A DNA stretch of 64,000 nt. It comes from Mustelus asterias (Eukaryota). The position numbers and the translations under genes were made by a program. The stretch's first letter is position 1. Every line of letters starts with the position of its first letter. The stretch lies in contig NC_135804.1 of assembly GCF_964213995.1 (NCBI RefSeq), forward strand, positions 68,014,001-68,078,000. Reading direction: 5' to 3'. Of the stretch, positions 37,156 through 48,462 are shown one piece after another. A model generated the notes under the pieces. The model saw only the letters and a list, made by a program, of their open reading frames with translations, was not told where the DNA came from and did not search any database.

Positions 37156-37874
37156 AGGAACAGTGGCCGAAGGCAAATGTTAAGTTTTTCAGCGTGAACT
37201 GATATTCGAATTGTGCAATCATAAGCCTCCAGGACAAGCTGGAATGCGAAATCATAACTATGAATGACGAATTTCATATTGTATAACTGCATTGTGTGAT
37301 GTTGAATATATATGAGTTTGCACTTTTGAATGTAAAATCAGAATGACACCTCAGACCTTCCGAGGTAGTGTCTTCCCAAGTACGCTTCAATAAGACTTTC
37401 AAAAGATATTCCTGAGTGGCTTCTGGGGAAATATGTGGCAAAGCTGACTATCTATGAGATTCTAATGCCGACTCAAGGATTGGTCCACACAGACAGTGCA
37501 GGCAATGGCACTTGCAATGTTAAGCTTAATTCCAGGATACTCTCATGAATAGCCGACTGCAAAATAAATTGGATGCATTACTTTGAGGATCACTGACCAT
37601 CTTTGGTTAGGCCAAGGGCCAAAAGTGGCGACTGAATGCGAGAACGTAATAAACATTTGATAGCAATTCAGCAGTGACATATAGCAGGATGACGAATTGT
37701 CAAGGCAAATGAGCCCCAACTATCATTCCGAGGTTTTGAAATAAAGAATCGAGACTGCACAATCTTTGCGATGTGGCCTGTTAAATGTGAAACTGTTGTT
37801 GAGGAACGTAGCCCAAATACATCAGTTAATTGTGCTGTGTTGAACCATTGAGAATAGAACTGGTCAATCGTAAG

Positions 37875-37931
37875 AATAATGTGGAGATGCCGGTGTTGGA
37901 CTGGGGTAAACACAGTAAGAGTAAACTCTTA
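37875..37931. mobile_element. Miniature Penelope-like insertion (tail + 8-bp hairpin)
   Basis: PLE 3' tail on minus strand, hairpin gtaagagt-aa-actcttac, TSD caatcgtaag 37865-37874 / 37932-37941. Confidence 0.85.
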
Positions 37932-38159
37932 CAATCGTAAGGATACAGGGGAACTGAACTGTGCCATCATAACGCGATACGACAAACTGTACATTGCCTA
38001 AAAGCTTTGTGTGATCTCGCTTCTATATAATTTGCTGCTCTGAGCGTAATATCAGAGTGCTACCTCGGACTGACCGAGATATTCTTTTCCGGTGTGCTTG
38101 TGAATCAACGATTGAATGATTCAAAGCTGTTCCTCGGCCTTTCTTCTTGGTGATTGTAT

Positions 38160-39530
38160 TTTCACATAGCGCAGCATATTAAGAAAGCAAATGCAATGCT
38201 GACCGGTATTGGAAGAGGATTCGGACCTAAATGTAGATATGTATTGCTAGAATGTACCAAAAAAAGGGTGAGACCTCAATGTGTTTCACCAAAAAAATCA
38301 TCCTTTTACATAATGATTGATACCTTACTTGAGAAGGTATTCTCTTCTATTCTAATTAAGGGTTATGGTGAGCGGGCGGGTAAGTGGAGCTGAGTCCATA
38401 AAAAAATCAACCATGATCTTATTGAATGGCGGAGCAGGCTCGAGGGGTGAAATGGCCTACTCTTAGTTCTTATGTGCTTATGTTCTTATGTTCTTATATC
38501 ATTTCATGGGAAGTAGATCAGAGAAAGTTCACCCGGCTGATTCCTATGAGGGAGGTGTTGTGTTCTGAGGGAAGATTCATCCGATGGTCCTATACCCACT
38601 CGTGCTTAAGGTAACGCAAGGTCAATATATTGAAGCATATATGATTCCAAGTGTGGTGCAGTAAATACTTGCTTGAGAGGTTATTAAATATGAGAAGTTT
38701 CCACTTGTGGGGCCTTCTATTTTCGACGGAGATGAGGAAAGATTTCTTGACTCAGTGGATCAAGCTGATGAGAAAAGTACAGGTGCACCGTAAAACCTAT
38801 TTGGGTATGAGGAAGGATAAAATAGCAAAGACGAATATGAATCAATTACAGCTGGAAATGGGGAAATTTGCAATGGAGAACATGGGATTAAAATCGAAGT
38901 AAGCAATCATTTTGTCTCTGTCTTCACGGAGGAATATACAGAAAATCTCTTCGTACCAATACTGAACCATGGGTCTTGTCTAACTGAGGAATTGAGATGC
39001 AGTATTATCAATAAATAGTGATATACAATTAATTGGACTGATGTTCGAAAATTCCCTTCTGCCAAATGAGGTACAGATCAGACTCTTCAATGAGGTGCCT
39101 CTCGCCATAGGTGCACAACTTGTCATCTTTCAAGAGTCAATAGATTCTGAGTAACGTCCCTAGAGAGCTGAAAGCATCAATAATAGCTCTACTATTTAAT
39201 ATGGGAGGTTGTGAGAGAAACAAATAAACAAAGATAGACCAATTTGTTTGACGTCATTCGTAAGTAAATTGTTATAAATAATTGGAACGGATGTGATAAC
39301 TGGATGCATAATGTAATAATATGCTTGGACAGAGTGAACATAAGTTTATGAGAGGGAAATCATGATTGAGAAACTTCTTAGATGCCTTTCAGGATATTGT
39401 AGCACAGTAAAGGTGCATGTGTAATATGCACATTTTCAAAAGACCTTCAGTATGGTTCACCACTGAAGATTAATAAACAAAATTGCTGTTAAGGTATTTG
39501 CATGGATTGAGAATGTCTTAATAGAAAGAA
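38160..39530 (+). mobile_element. Scrambled, decayed CR1 fragments
   Basis: IKKANAML, GYGERAGKWS, QRKFTRLIP remnants. Confidence 0.7.
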
Positions 39531-40065
39531 GACAGTAGGAGTTCGGGACGGGGAGTGGGGGAGGGCGGGCGATAAACTTAGCATTTTCGGGAGGTAAGAT
39601 GCTATTATTCGGTTAGCACAAGTGAGAGAGAGAGATCTGAGAACATTGCACAACCAACGGGTCTGATCTGCACTCTGTCTGTCTGTCACATCGAGTGCCG
39701 AATGTTGGTGGGCAAATAAGTAGGTGACTGGAGGAGCAGGAACAAAGAAACTCCCCATTTTGACTTTTTGTGGAACACAACGCATCAATGCAGAAGATAA
39801 TATTGAAGTAATTGTGGAATTCTTTGTCTGAAGTTTGTCAAAGTGTTCCTGAGATCGGCAGCATTATTTGCTGCAAGACGTCAGTAATTTCGATTGATTG
39901 TATGTGATATCAAGAAGGCACTGGATAAGGCAAGAACAATGGACGCTGATTAAACTTCAGCAATTTAAGATTATGTCCCAGATATTGTCATTCTCCAAAC
40001 GGTTTCATTACCGGTCTTACAGTGGCATATGCCCGGTAAGGTGGAAATTGCTGTGATATATCTTG

Positions 40066-40744
40066 TCGTGGAGTTTCCGGCGTTGGACTGGGGTAAACAC
40101 AGTAAGAAGTCTCACAACACCAGGTTAAAGTCCAACAGGTTTATTTGGTAGCACAAGCCACTAGCTTTCGGAGCGCTGCTCCTTCATCAGGTAAGTGGGA
40201 GTTCTGTTCACAAACAGGGCATATATAGACACAAACTCAATTTACAAAATAATGGTTGGAATGCGAGTCTTTACAGGTAATCAAGTCTTAAAGGCATAGA
40301 CAATGTGAGCGGAGAGAGGGTTAAGCACAGGTTAAAGAGATATGTATTGTCTCCAGCCAGGACAGTTGGTGAGATTTTGCAAGCCCAGACAAGTCGTGGG
40401 GGTTACAAATAGTGTGACATAAACCCAAGATCCCGGTTGTGGCCGTCCTCATGTTTACAGAACTTGGCTATCTGTCTCTGCTCAGCGACTCTGCGTTATC
40501 CTGTGTCGTGAAGGCCGCCTTGGAGAACGCTTACCCGAAGATCAGAGTCCGAATGCCCGTGAACGCTGAAGTGTTCCCCAACAGGAAGAGAACACCCTTG
40601 CCTGGTGATTGTCGAGCAGTGTTCATTCATCCGTTGTAGTAGCGTCTGCATGGTCTCCCCAATGCACCATGCCTCGGGACACCCTTTCCTGCAGCGTATC
40701 CTCCCGAGGCATGGTACATTGGGGAGACCATGCAGACGCTACGA
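40066..40744 (-). mobile_element. Penelope-like element 3' part with short fold-back
   Basis: Tail, HHR and GIY-YIG region on minus strand 40066-40700; 40702-40744 is an inverted copy of about 40637-40679. Confidence 0.88.
40159..40193 (-). ncRNA. Minimal type-I hammerhead ribozyme
   Basis: UAC-CUGAUGA-A-GGAGC-AGC-GCUCC-GAAA-GC-UA-GUG. Confidence 0.8.
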
Positions 40745-40929
40745 GCAAGTGAGTTGTTTTTCTGTCACTATCAGAGGAGATATCTAGGGAATATGAGGAA
40801 CTGACAAAGAAAATCTTAAGTGCATATGTACTGATGCCAGAAGCCTGCAGACAATACTTTTAAAAATCGATAGAAAGAAGCTGGTCAAAGGTGCATAAAA
40901 TTTGAAAGCATCATACAAAGTAATTTTGA

Positions 40930-41190
40930 TAAAGTTAATTTATTGGTCACAAGTAAGGCTCACATTAAGACTGCATGACGTTACTGTGAAATTTCCCTGG
41001 TCGCCACAATTCGACACCTGTTCAGGTCAATGCACCAAACCAGCATGTCTTTCAGAATTTGGGAGGAAACCAGAACAGCAGAAGAAACCCAAGCAGACAC
41101 GGTGAGAACATGCAAACTCCACACAGACAGTGACCCAAGCCAGGAATCGCTATGAAGCAGCAATGCTAACCATTGTGCAACCATGCCACC
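40930..41190 (-). mobile_element. V-SINE with alternative tail (same type as 9105-9410)
   Basis: Head ggtggcatggttgcacaatggttagcattgctgc; tail matches 9320-9410. Confidence 0.8.
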
Positions 41191-42422
41191 TAAGATAAAG
41201 TTTTTGAAAATAGACCAGATGTATGAAGTTCCTGTGCAAGGTCACGTGAGATCTCACGAGGAAGAGCAGGGGGTTTAAACTGCGAATTTAGCAGCAGCAA
41301 TGGCAGATGGTTATGAATTAGTTCATAAATCAAAGTTTGGTTTCTGACGCAAGTTTCAGCCTGTGGGGCATTGGATTCTAGGAATAGAGATATCTCAATT
41401 GGTAAAGGTAAAGGGTATTTTGTTAGAAAAATAAAGATGGTGTACCTCAGGTTAAAGAGGAAACGCATGAGGATGGATGTTAAATGAAATACCTCAGATA
41501 TTTTCACTGCAATAACGTAGGGCACATAAAGTCGCAAGTTTGTGGTTTAAGAAAAGCACTGGGAAGACAAACGTGCTAACATACGATAAACCAATGGCGT
41601 TTGTCAAAGTGGTAACAGAAACAGTGGAAGCTAAAGAGGTGCAAAATAATGTACAGCCTGGTCAGGTGTTGCTTGATAAGAAAGTGTCAGATCACTTAAA
41701 AAAATATTTATGTGAGTAACGTTTACTCATGTGCAACAGGAAGTGTAGGTAAATAAGTTAAACATTTCAGAGATACGACAGCAAGTCAATCTTTGATGGT
41801 GAAAGATGGGGAGTTATGCCGTTTGGAAGGACTAGTGCCAGAGAAGGTGGCAATCTATAGAGATTAGAGGCAGAAGAGCAGTGTTCCATTATATATGGTG
41901 AGGTTGGAGAGTCCAGTGAAGAATGTTGAAGGGGTAATAAGAATAATAAAGAAATGATCTTGTCCAGGAATACAGCTTATCTTGGGTAAAGATATCGGGG
42001 GATCACAAGTGGGAGTGATGCCTATTGTGGTTGAAAGGCCAGTGGAAAGTCAAACGACTGAATTGTTAAAGGATGCATATCCTGGAATTTTACTGATTAT
42101 GTAGAAAAAAGATCACAATGCCACAGGTTAAGACAATAAGAAAAATCAAGGAGCAATGATAGAGAAGTAGAAGTGCAGTTTTCAGAAACGATTGTTGATC
42201 AGGTAGCTTGAAAAGAACAAGGACAGGTGGAGGATGAAGTAGATAATTTTGCTTCAGGAAAGTTGGCAGAGGTGCAACAAAATGAGACAGATATAAAACT
42301 GTTGTATCAAAAATCATGCATGGAAGATGAATCTGCATTTATACCAGAAGGTTAAAAATTACGTCTTGATAAGGAAATTGGCACCTTTACATATACAGGC
42401 GAATACAACATGGGCAGAAGTT

Positions 42423-43015
42423 AGACCATAAGAGTATAAGACATAGGAGGAGAATTAGGCCACTCGGCCCATCGAGTCTGCTCCGCCATTCAATCATGAC
42501 TGATATTTTCCTCATCCTCATTCTCCTGCCTTTTCTCCATAACCCCTGAGATCCCCTTATTAATCAAGAACCTATCCATCTCTGTCTTAAAGATACTCAA
42601 CGACCTGGCCTCCACAGTCTTCTGCAGCAAAGAGTACAACAGATTCACCACTCTCTGGCTGAAGAAATTCCTCTGCATCTCTGTTTTAAAGGATTGTCCC
42701 TTTAGTCTGAGGTTATGCCCTCTGGTTCTAGTTTTTCTGACTCGTGGAAACATCCTCTCCACATCCACTTTAACCAGGCCTCGCAGTATCCCGTAAATTT
42801 CAATAAGATCCCTCCTCATCCGTCTAAATTCCAACGAGTACAGACCCAGAGTCCTCGACTGTTCCTCATACGACAAGCTCCTCATTCCAGGGATCATTCT
42901 TGTGAACCTCCCTTGGACCCATTCCAAGGCCAGCACATCCTTCCTTTGATATGGGGCCCAAAACTGCTCACAGTACTCCAAATGGGGTCTGACCAGAGCC
43001 TTATACAGCCTCAGA
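42423..43015 (-). mobile_element. CR1 3' fragment inserted in the Gypsy pol
   Basis: ORF 42490-43026 LRLYKALVRPHLEYC; (cataaga)n-like tail. Confidence 0.92.
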
Positions 43016-45844
43016 AACGTTATCAACTGGTATTACCAGTAGGATATATAAATGAGCTGTTGCAAGTAGCCCATGAGGTACCAGTAGGAGGTCATTTAGG
43101 AGTAAGTTAAAATACAAAAACATTTTATTGGCCTGGAACGCATGAAGATGCGGCTGAATTTTGCCAGTCATGTCACACATGTCAGGTAATACGAAAACCT
43201 CAAGTGTTGATAAAATAAGCACCCTTAATACGCATTTCAGTATTTGTGGAACGTTTCACAAGTGTCTAAAATGATTGTGTAGGACCACTCCATGAAAGAA
43301 AAGTGGGAATCAATATATATTGACTGTAATCGATGCATTCACTAGATTGCCAGAGGCCATTCCATTAAACAAGCTTCGAGATAAAAGGGTTGTAGAGGAG
43401 TTGTTTAATATTTTTTACTCGACATTGTCTATCCATAAAAATACAATCAGATCAAGCATAAAAAAGTACATCAAAGTTGTTCAAGGAGGTTATGGATAGC
43501 TTCGGAGCAAAACTATGTAAATCAACTCTGTACCATCCAGAATCACAGGGAGCGTTGAAGTGATGGCATCACACTGTAAAGACTATGTTGAGGGTTTATT
43601 GTCAAGATTATCCGGAGGATTGAGATACAGCAGTTCCACGTGTACATTTTTCAATTATTGATGAACCAAACGAATATCTAAGTTCATTGCATTTGAATTG
43701 GTATTTGGTCATGAGTTAAGAGGACCAATTAAATTATCCAAAGGGAATTTGGTGAGTCAGCGTTTTGAGACTACATTATTGGAATATGCATCAAATATTA
43801 GGGAAAGATTGAATAGAGCTTGGGAATTAACAAGACAGCATTTAGAAGTGACACAGCATGTGACGAAGCACGAAATGGATAAGAACCCAAAAAGTCGTGG
43901 TTTCGCTCGTGTGGATAAATTCTTAGTACCACTATCAGTGGTATGTGAACCTTTAAAACCAAGGTTTAGTAGGCCTTATCAAATTGGAAGGAAATTAAGT
44001 GAGGGGAATTGCTGGATAATAACGCCAGATAGAAGGAAAATTCACAGAGTATGTCATGTGTATATGCTCAAATTCTATTTTGATAGGGGAGGAAAGCAAA
44101 AGCAGATGTGTTGCTGGTTGCAACTCGGAGTGAAGAACCAAATCCAAATGGTTCTTAATTTGACATTAGATAATGAGGAAGTGATCAGCAAATAGAGCGA
44201 AGTATTGAGTTACCTCGCAGAGGAAAATCAAACAGACCTGAACGAGGTAGTAAAATCACATTGAAAGATGTGAGCTAATAAACGAGGAAGTAGTAAAGCT
44301 GCTATCAATGAGGTAATTTTAGGAAATATTGTTCCAGTTGAGCAATATCCCTGCAGATATTATCTTCTCAAGTTGGCACAGGTTGAGAAGGAGAAGCTGA
44401 TCTTTACTCAATAACAGGCGTAAGTCACGATAAGTCACATAAAACTGGTGAAAGCGGAGAAAGGGAACCAGTTACAGGACAATATTGTGAACAAGGAAAG
44501 GGAGCAGGTGTCGAGACAGATAAAAGGCAACTTAACAGTTTTGGAACAAATTCGTGATTTGATGAAATTACCGGAACATGAATGCAGGATTGTCAACAAG
44601 AGCTCATCACCTATGTGAAGAAAAATGCAGATGAATCAACAGTAATGTGTGCGCTCAAAATGGCAATCGAGGAGCAGAAGTATTTCACGACTGTCGATCA
44701 AAACAAAAAGGGCAAAAAGGTAAAATGAGGCTGTTTTCTAAAACTGTACCATCATTCGAAATGAACTGCTGGAGTAATAGTTGTGGAAACCCAGTGAAAC
44801 AGTACTGTACGGGCTAGTGTTCAAGCAACTTATAATTGTTCTCACATCAGCGGAACTGCCGCAGAGATCTATGAAACCATGGTTGCAACAGGTTCTGAGA
44901 CAAAGGAAGACAATCTGATGTGTGCCTTTGCAAGAATGTGCAGAAAGTGATGGTGAAAATCGAGAGCAAACGAAGACTTTGGACTACTTATCAGAGGAGG
45001 GTCTAAGGCCAATTAACAAGAAAAGGGGCAGAGATAAGTTGACATTTCCGCATAGCCCTGATTGCACACATATAATGTGTTATACTTCTGATCATGCTTA
45101 TTCTCTCAGGAAATTACTAGAGATAATTTGTCATCGTAATGACAAAATTAAGATCGAATTTGGAATCAAAGCATGATTAAGGACTGAAGAAAATGTTTGG
45201 AGAGGAACAAAGAAGCACTTGAAGCAGCAACATATTGAGAAAAGGAAGAAGAAGGAGTGTTCCATGTTGGAAGACAAGACCTAAAATGGCCTATGTTACT
45301 GTTATGCTTGCATGTTTTGATTTTATAAAATGTATGCATAATCTATTGTAGAGTGCTACTGGTTTGAAACTAACAGGTGTTTAAATATGATGCCACCTTT
45401 GAATATTGGTGGTTTATTTCTTTCCTCAGCGGCGACATGCAACAATACTGTGCCTTCAAGAAATATATTTTCATCATGTCTGTCTCACGTTTTTCAGATT
45501 GGCTCTGCTATTGTATTAATGCCATAATGTCTGTAGCCGATGCCCTCTAAGTGATATTGAAATAGCATAATGGACATCACGATCACTTTTACTCTGGCGT
45601 AATGCAGTGTCCTGGGGTTTTATGAGTCTTTTGGAATCGCTGCAAAATGATTAGTATATTAGGTCCTGCGTCGAAGCGTTTTCTTCCACAAAAAATTCAA
45701 AGGCTTTAGTTTCAATTTAGTTGCTAGATAGGAGTTAGTGGAGGCAGGCAGTCTCTCCCTCCCTGCCTCTCTCCAGGGGCATACTGAAATTTCCAGCACT
45801 GGGAAGCGTCAAAATTTTAATCTAACATCCAAATGACCAATTAC

Positions 45845-46195
45845 TAGAACCGTAGAATCATAGAAAACCTACGGTGCAGAAAGAGGCAATTTGGCCCTTC
45901 GAGTCTGCACCAATCACAATCCCACCCAGGCCCTACGCCCTTATCCCATCCATATTTAACCGCTAATCCCTCTAACCTTCTCAGGACACTAAGGGGCAAT
46001 TTTAGCACAGCCAATCAACCTAACCCGCACATCTTTGGACTGTGGGAGGAAACCGGAGCACACGGAGAAAACCCACACAGACACGAGGAGAATGTGCAAA
46101 CTCCACACAGACAGTGACCCAATTTGGGAATCGAACCCAGGAACCTGGAGCTGTGAATCGGCAGAGCTAACCACTGTGCTACCGTGCCGCCCCTA
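45845..46195 (-). mobile_element. Full-length HE1/V-SINE
   Basis: gggcggcacggtagcacagtggttagc head, B box ggttcgattcc, V-domain, CR1-derived tail. Confidence 0.88.
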
Positions 46196-47074
46196 GCAGG
46201 TTTAAAAGCTGCAAAATCGAACATGAAATGAGCATACTTGTGTTTTTGCCAAGTCCAGAAGGAGGTCTATCTTTGTTGGGTGTTGGTTGAGTTGGACGTC
46301 ATAGTTAGCTTGCTGTTAAAGTTTATACTGTATCATGTTTGATACTTGCAATTTCTAAAAGTTATGCTACTTTTTATCATATTTCAACTATGTTCTTAAA
46401 TAAACTTTGTTTGATTAAAAGCTTCCTCGTGGGTCCGTTGAATTAAACCTGGAGTGAAACACCTTATGCTCCTTTATAAAAAGAGACCTTCGAGTTTCTG
46501 CCCTCCTTTATTAGAGATACACAAACATGTGTCGTTGAGCCAGAATCCTCCAACTCTATAACCGTTATAAATATCAACAATGATATTCTGGCCAGTTTCG
46601 ATCCAACAGTGGCATTTCCTAATCCAATAATAACTGAACATTTTTTTGTCGTTCAAGCGAACCGCCATTTACGTGAATTAACTTCCGTTTTAGAATAACT
46701 ACAGTGCAGATGGAGACCAGTCGACTCATCGCGAGTGCATCGACCCTGTGAATGAACATATTTAGGTAGTTTTCGAAATCTTCCAATAGATACATTAACC
46801 ATCACCACTGGAATAACCATGTGCTAAAACTCAACTTAACATGATTTATTCAGCTAAAGTGAACGCGTCAATTGACAATTCGCCTTTGTCTGAATAGCCA
46901 TCCAGTTTAAGAACTTTATTTTCATTAACATTCCACACTGCCAAGTTTCAAATTTTCGAACACGTTGATGTTCATGATTCACAAAAAGTTGGTATGCAGG
47001 TGCAGCATGTAACAAAAAATACAAATGGGATGTTGGCATTTGTTGCAAAGGAACTGGAGCATAAGAGTTGCAAT

Positions 47075-48462
47075 TGTATTAAGAAGGGTAGCAGGGATAA
47101 CCCAGGAAATTATCGGCCGGTGAGCTTGACGTCCGTGGTCGGGAAGTTGTTGGAGAGGATTCTTAGAGACAGGATGTATGTGCATTTAGAACGGAACAAT
47201 CTCATTAGTGACAGACAGCATGGTTTTGTAAGAGGGAGGTCGTGCCTTACAAATTTGGTGGAGTTTTTTGAGGAAGTGACAAAAACGGTTGATGAAGGAA
47301 GGGCCGTGGATGTCGTCTGTATGGATTTCAGTAAGGCATTTGACAAAGTCCCACATGGCAGGTTGGTTAAAAAGGTTAAGGCTCATGGGATACAAGGAGA
47401 AGTGGCTAGATGGGTGGAGAACTGGCTTGGCCATAGGAGACAGAGGGTAGTGGTCGAAGGGTCTTTTTCCGGCTGGAGGTCTGTGACCAGTGGTGTTCCG
47501 CAGGGCTCTGTACTAGGACCTCTGCTATTTGTGATATATATATAAATGATTTGGAAGAAGGTGTAACTGGTGTAATCAGCAAGTTTGCGGATGACACAAA
47601 GATGGCTGGACTTGCGGATAGCGAAGAGCATTGTCGGGCAATACAGCAGGATATAGATAGGCTGGAAAATTGGGCGGAGAGGTGGCAGATGGAGTTTAAT
47701 CCGGATCAATGCGAAGTGATGCATTTTGGAAGAAATAATGTAGGGAGGAGTTATACAATAAATGGCAGAGTCATCAGGAGTATAGAAACACAGAAGGACC
47801 TAGGTGTGTAAGTCCACAAATCCTTGAAGGTGGCAACATAGGTGGAGAAGGTGGTGAAGAAGGCATATGGTATGCTTGCCTTTATAGGACGGGGTATAGA
47901 GTCTGATGATGCACCTGTATAGAACGCTGGTTAGGCCACATTTGGAGTACTGCGTCCAGTTCTGGTCGCCGCACTACCAGAAGAACGTGGAGGCGTTAGA
48001 GAGAGTGCAGAGAAGGTTTACCAGGATGTTGCCTGGTATGGAGGGTCTTAGATATGAGGAGAGATTGGGTAGACTGGGGTTGTTCTCCCTGGAAAGATGG
48101 AGAATGAGGGGGGATCTAATAGAGGTGTACAAGATTGTGAAGGGGATAGATAGGGTGAACGGTGGGAAGCTTTTTCCCAGATCAGAAGTGACGTTCACAA
48201 GGGGTCACGGGCTCAAGGTGAGAGGGGCGAAGTATAACTCAGATATTGGAGGGATGTTTTTTACACAGAGGGTGGTGGGGGCCTGGAATGCGCTGCCAAG
48301 TAGGGTGGTGGAGGCAGGCACGCTGATATCGTTTAAGACTTACCTGGATAGTCACATGAGCAGCCTGGGAATGGAGGGATACAAACGATTGGTCTAGTTG
48401 GACCAAGGAGCGGCACAGACTTGGAGGGCCTGTTTCCTGTGCTGTACTGTTCTTTGTTCTTT
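47075..48462 (+). mobile_element. CR1 RT/3' fragment (same subfamily as 21352-24146) nested in an older CR1 (46970-47075, 48463-49050)
   Basis: RT motifs incl. FADD; (tgttctt)n tail; the older element's 3' text resumes after the tail. Confidence 0.92.

Larger units (their letters stand above)
41400..46500 (+). mobile_element. Decayed Gmr1-like Gypsy LTR retrotransposon (protease - integrase - start of RT), probable 3' LTR about 45440-46500
   Basis: Protease-like RDTxASQSL (about 41770) and LILGKDIGG; integrase H2C2 AHEVPVGGHLG..FYWP..FCQSCHTCQ, DCVGP, IQSDQ, YHPESQG; GPY/F-like PRFSRPY..CHVYMLK; RT N-terminus-like PVEQYPCR about 44335. Confidence 0.8.

Noticed and set aside
46110-46195. tRNA gene
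   Set aside because: A/B boxes belong to the tRNA-derived SINE head and continue into the V-domain
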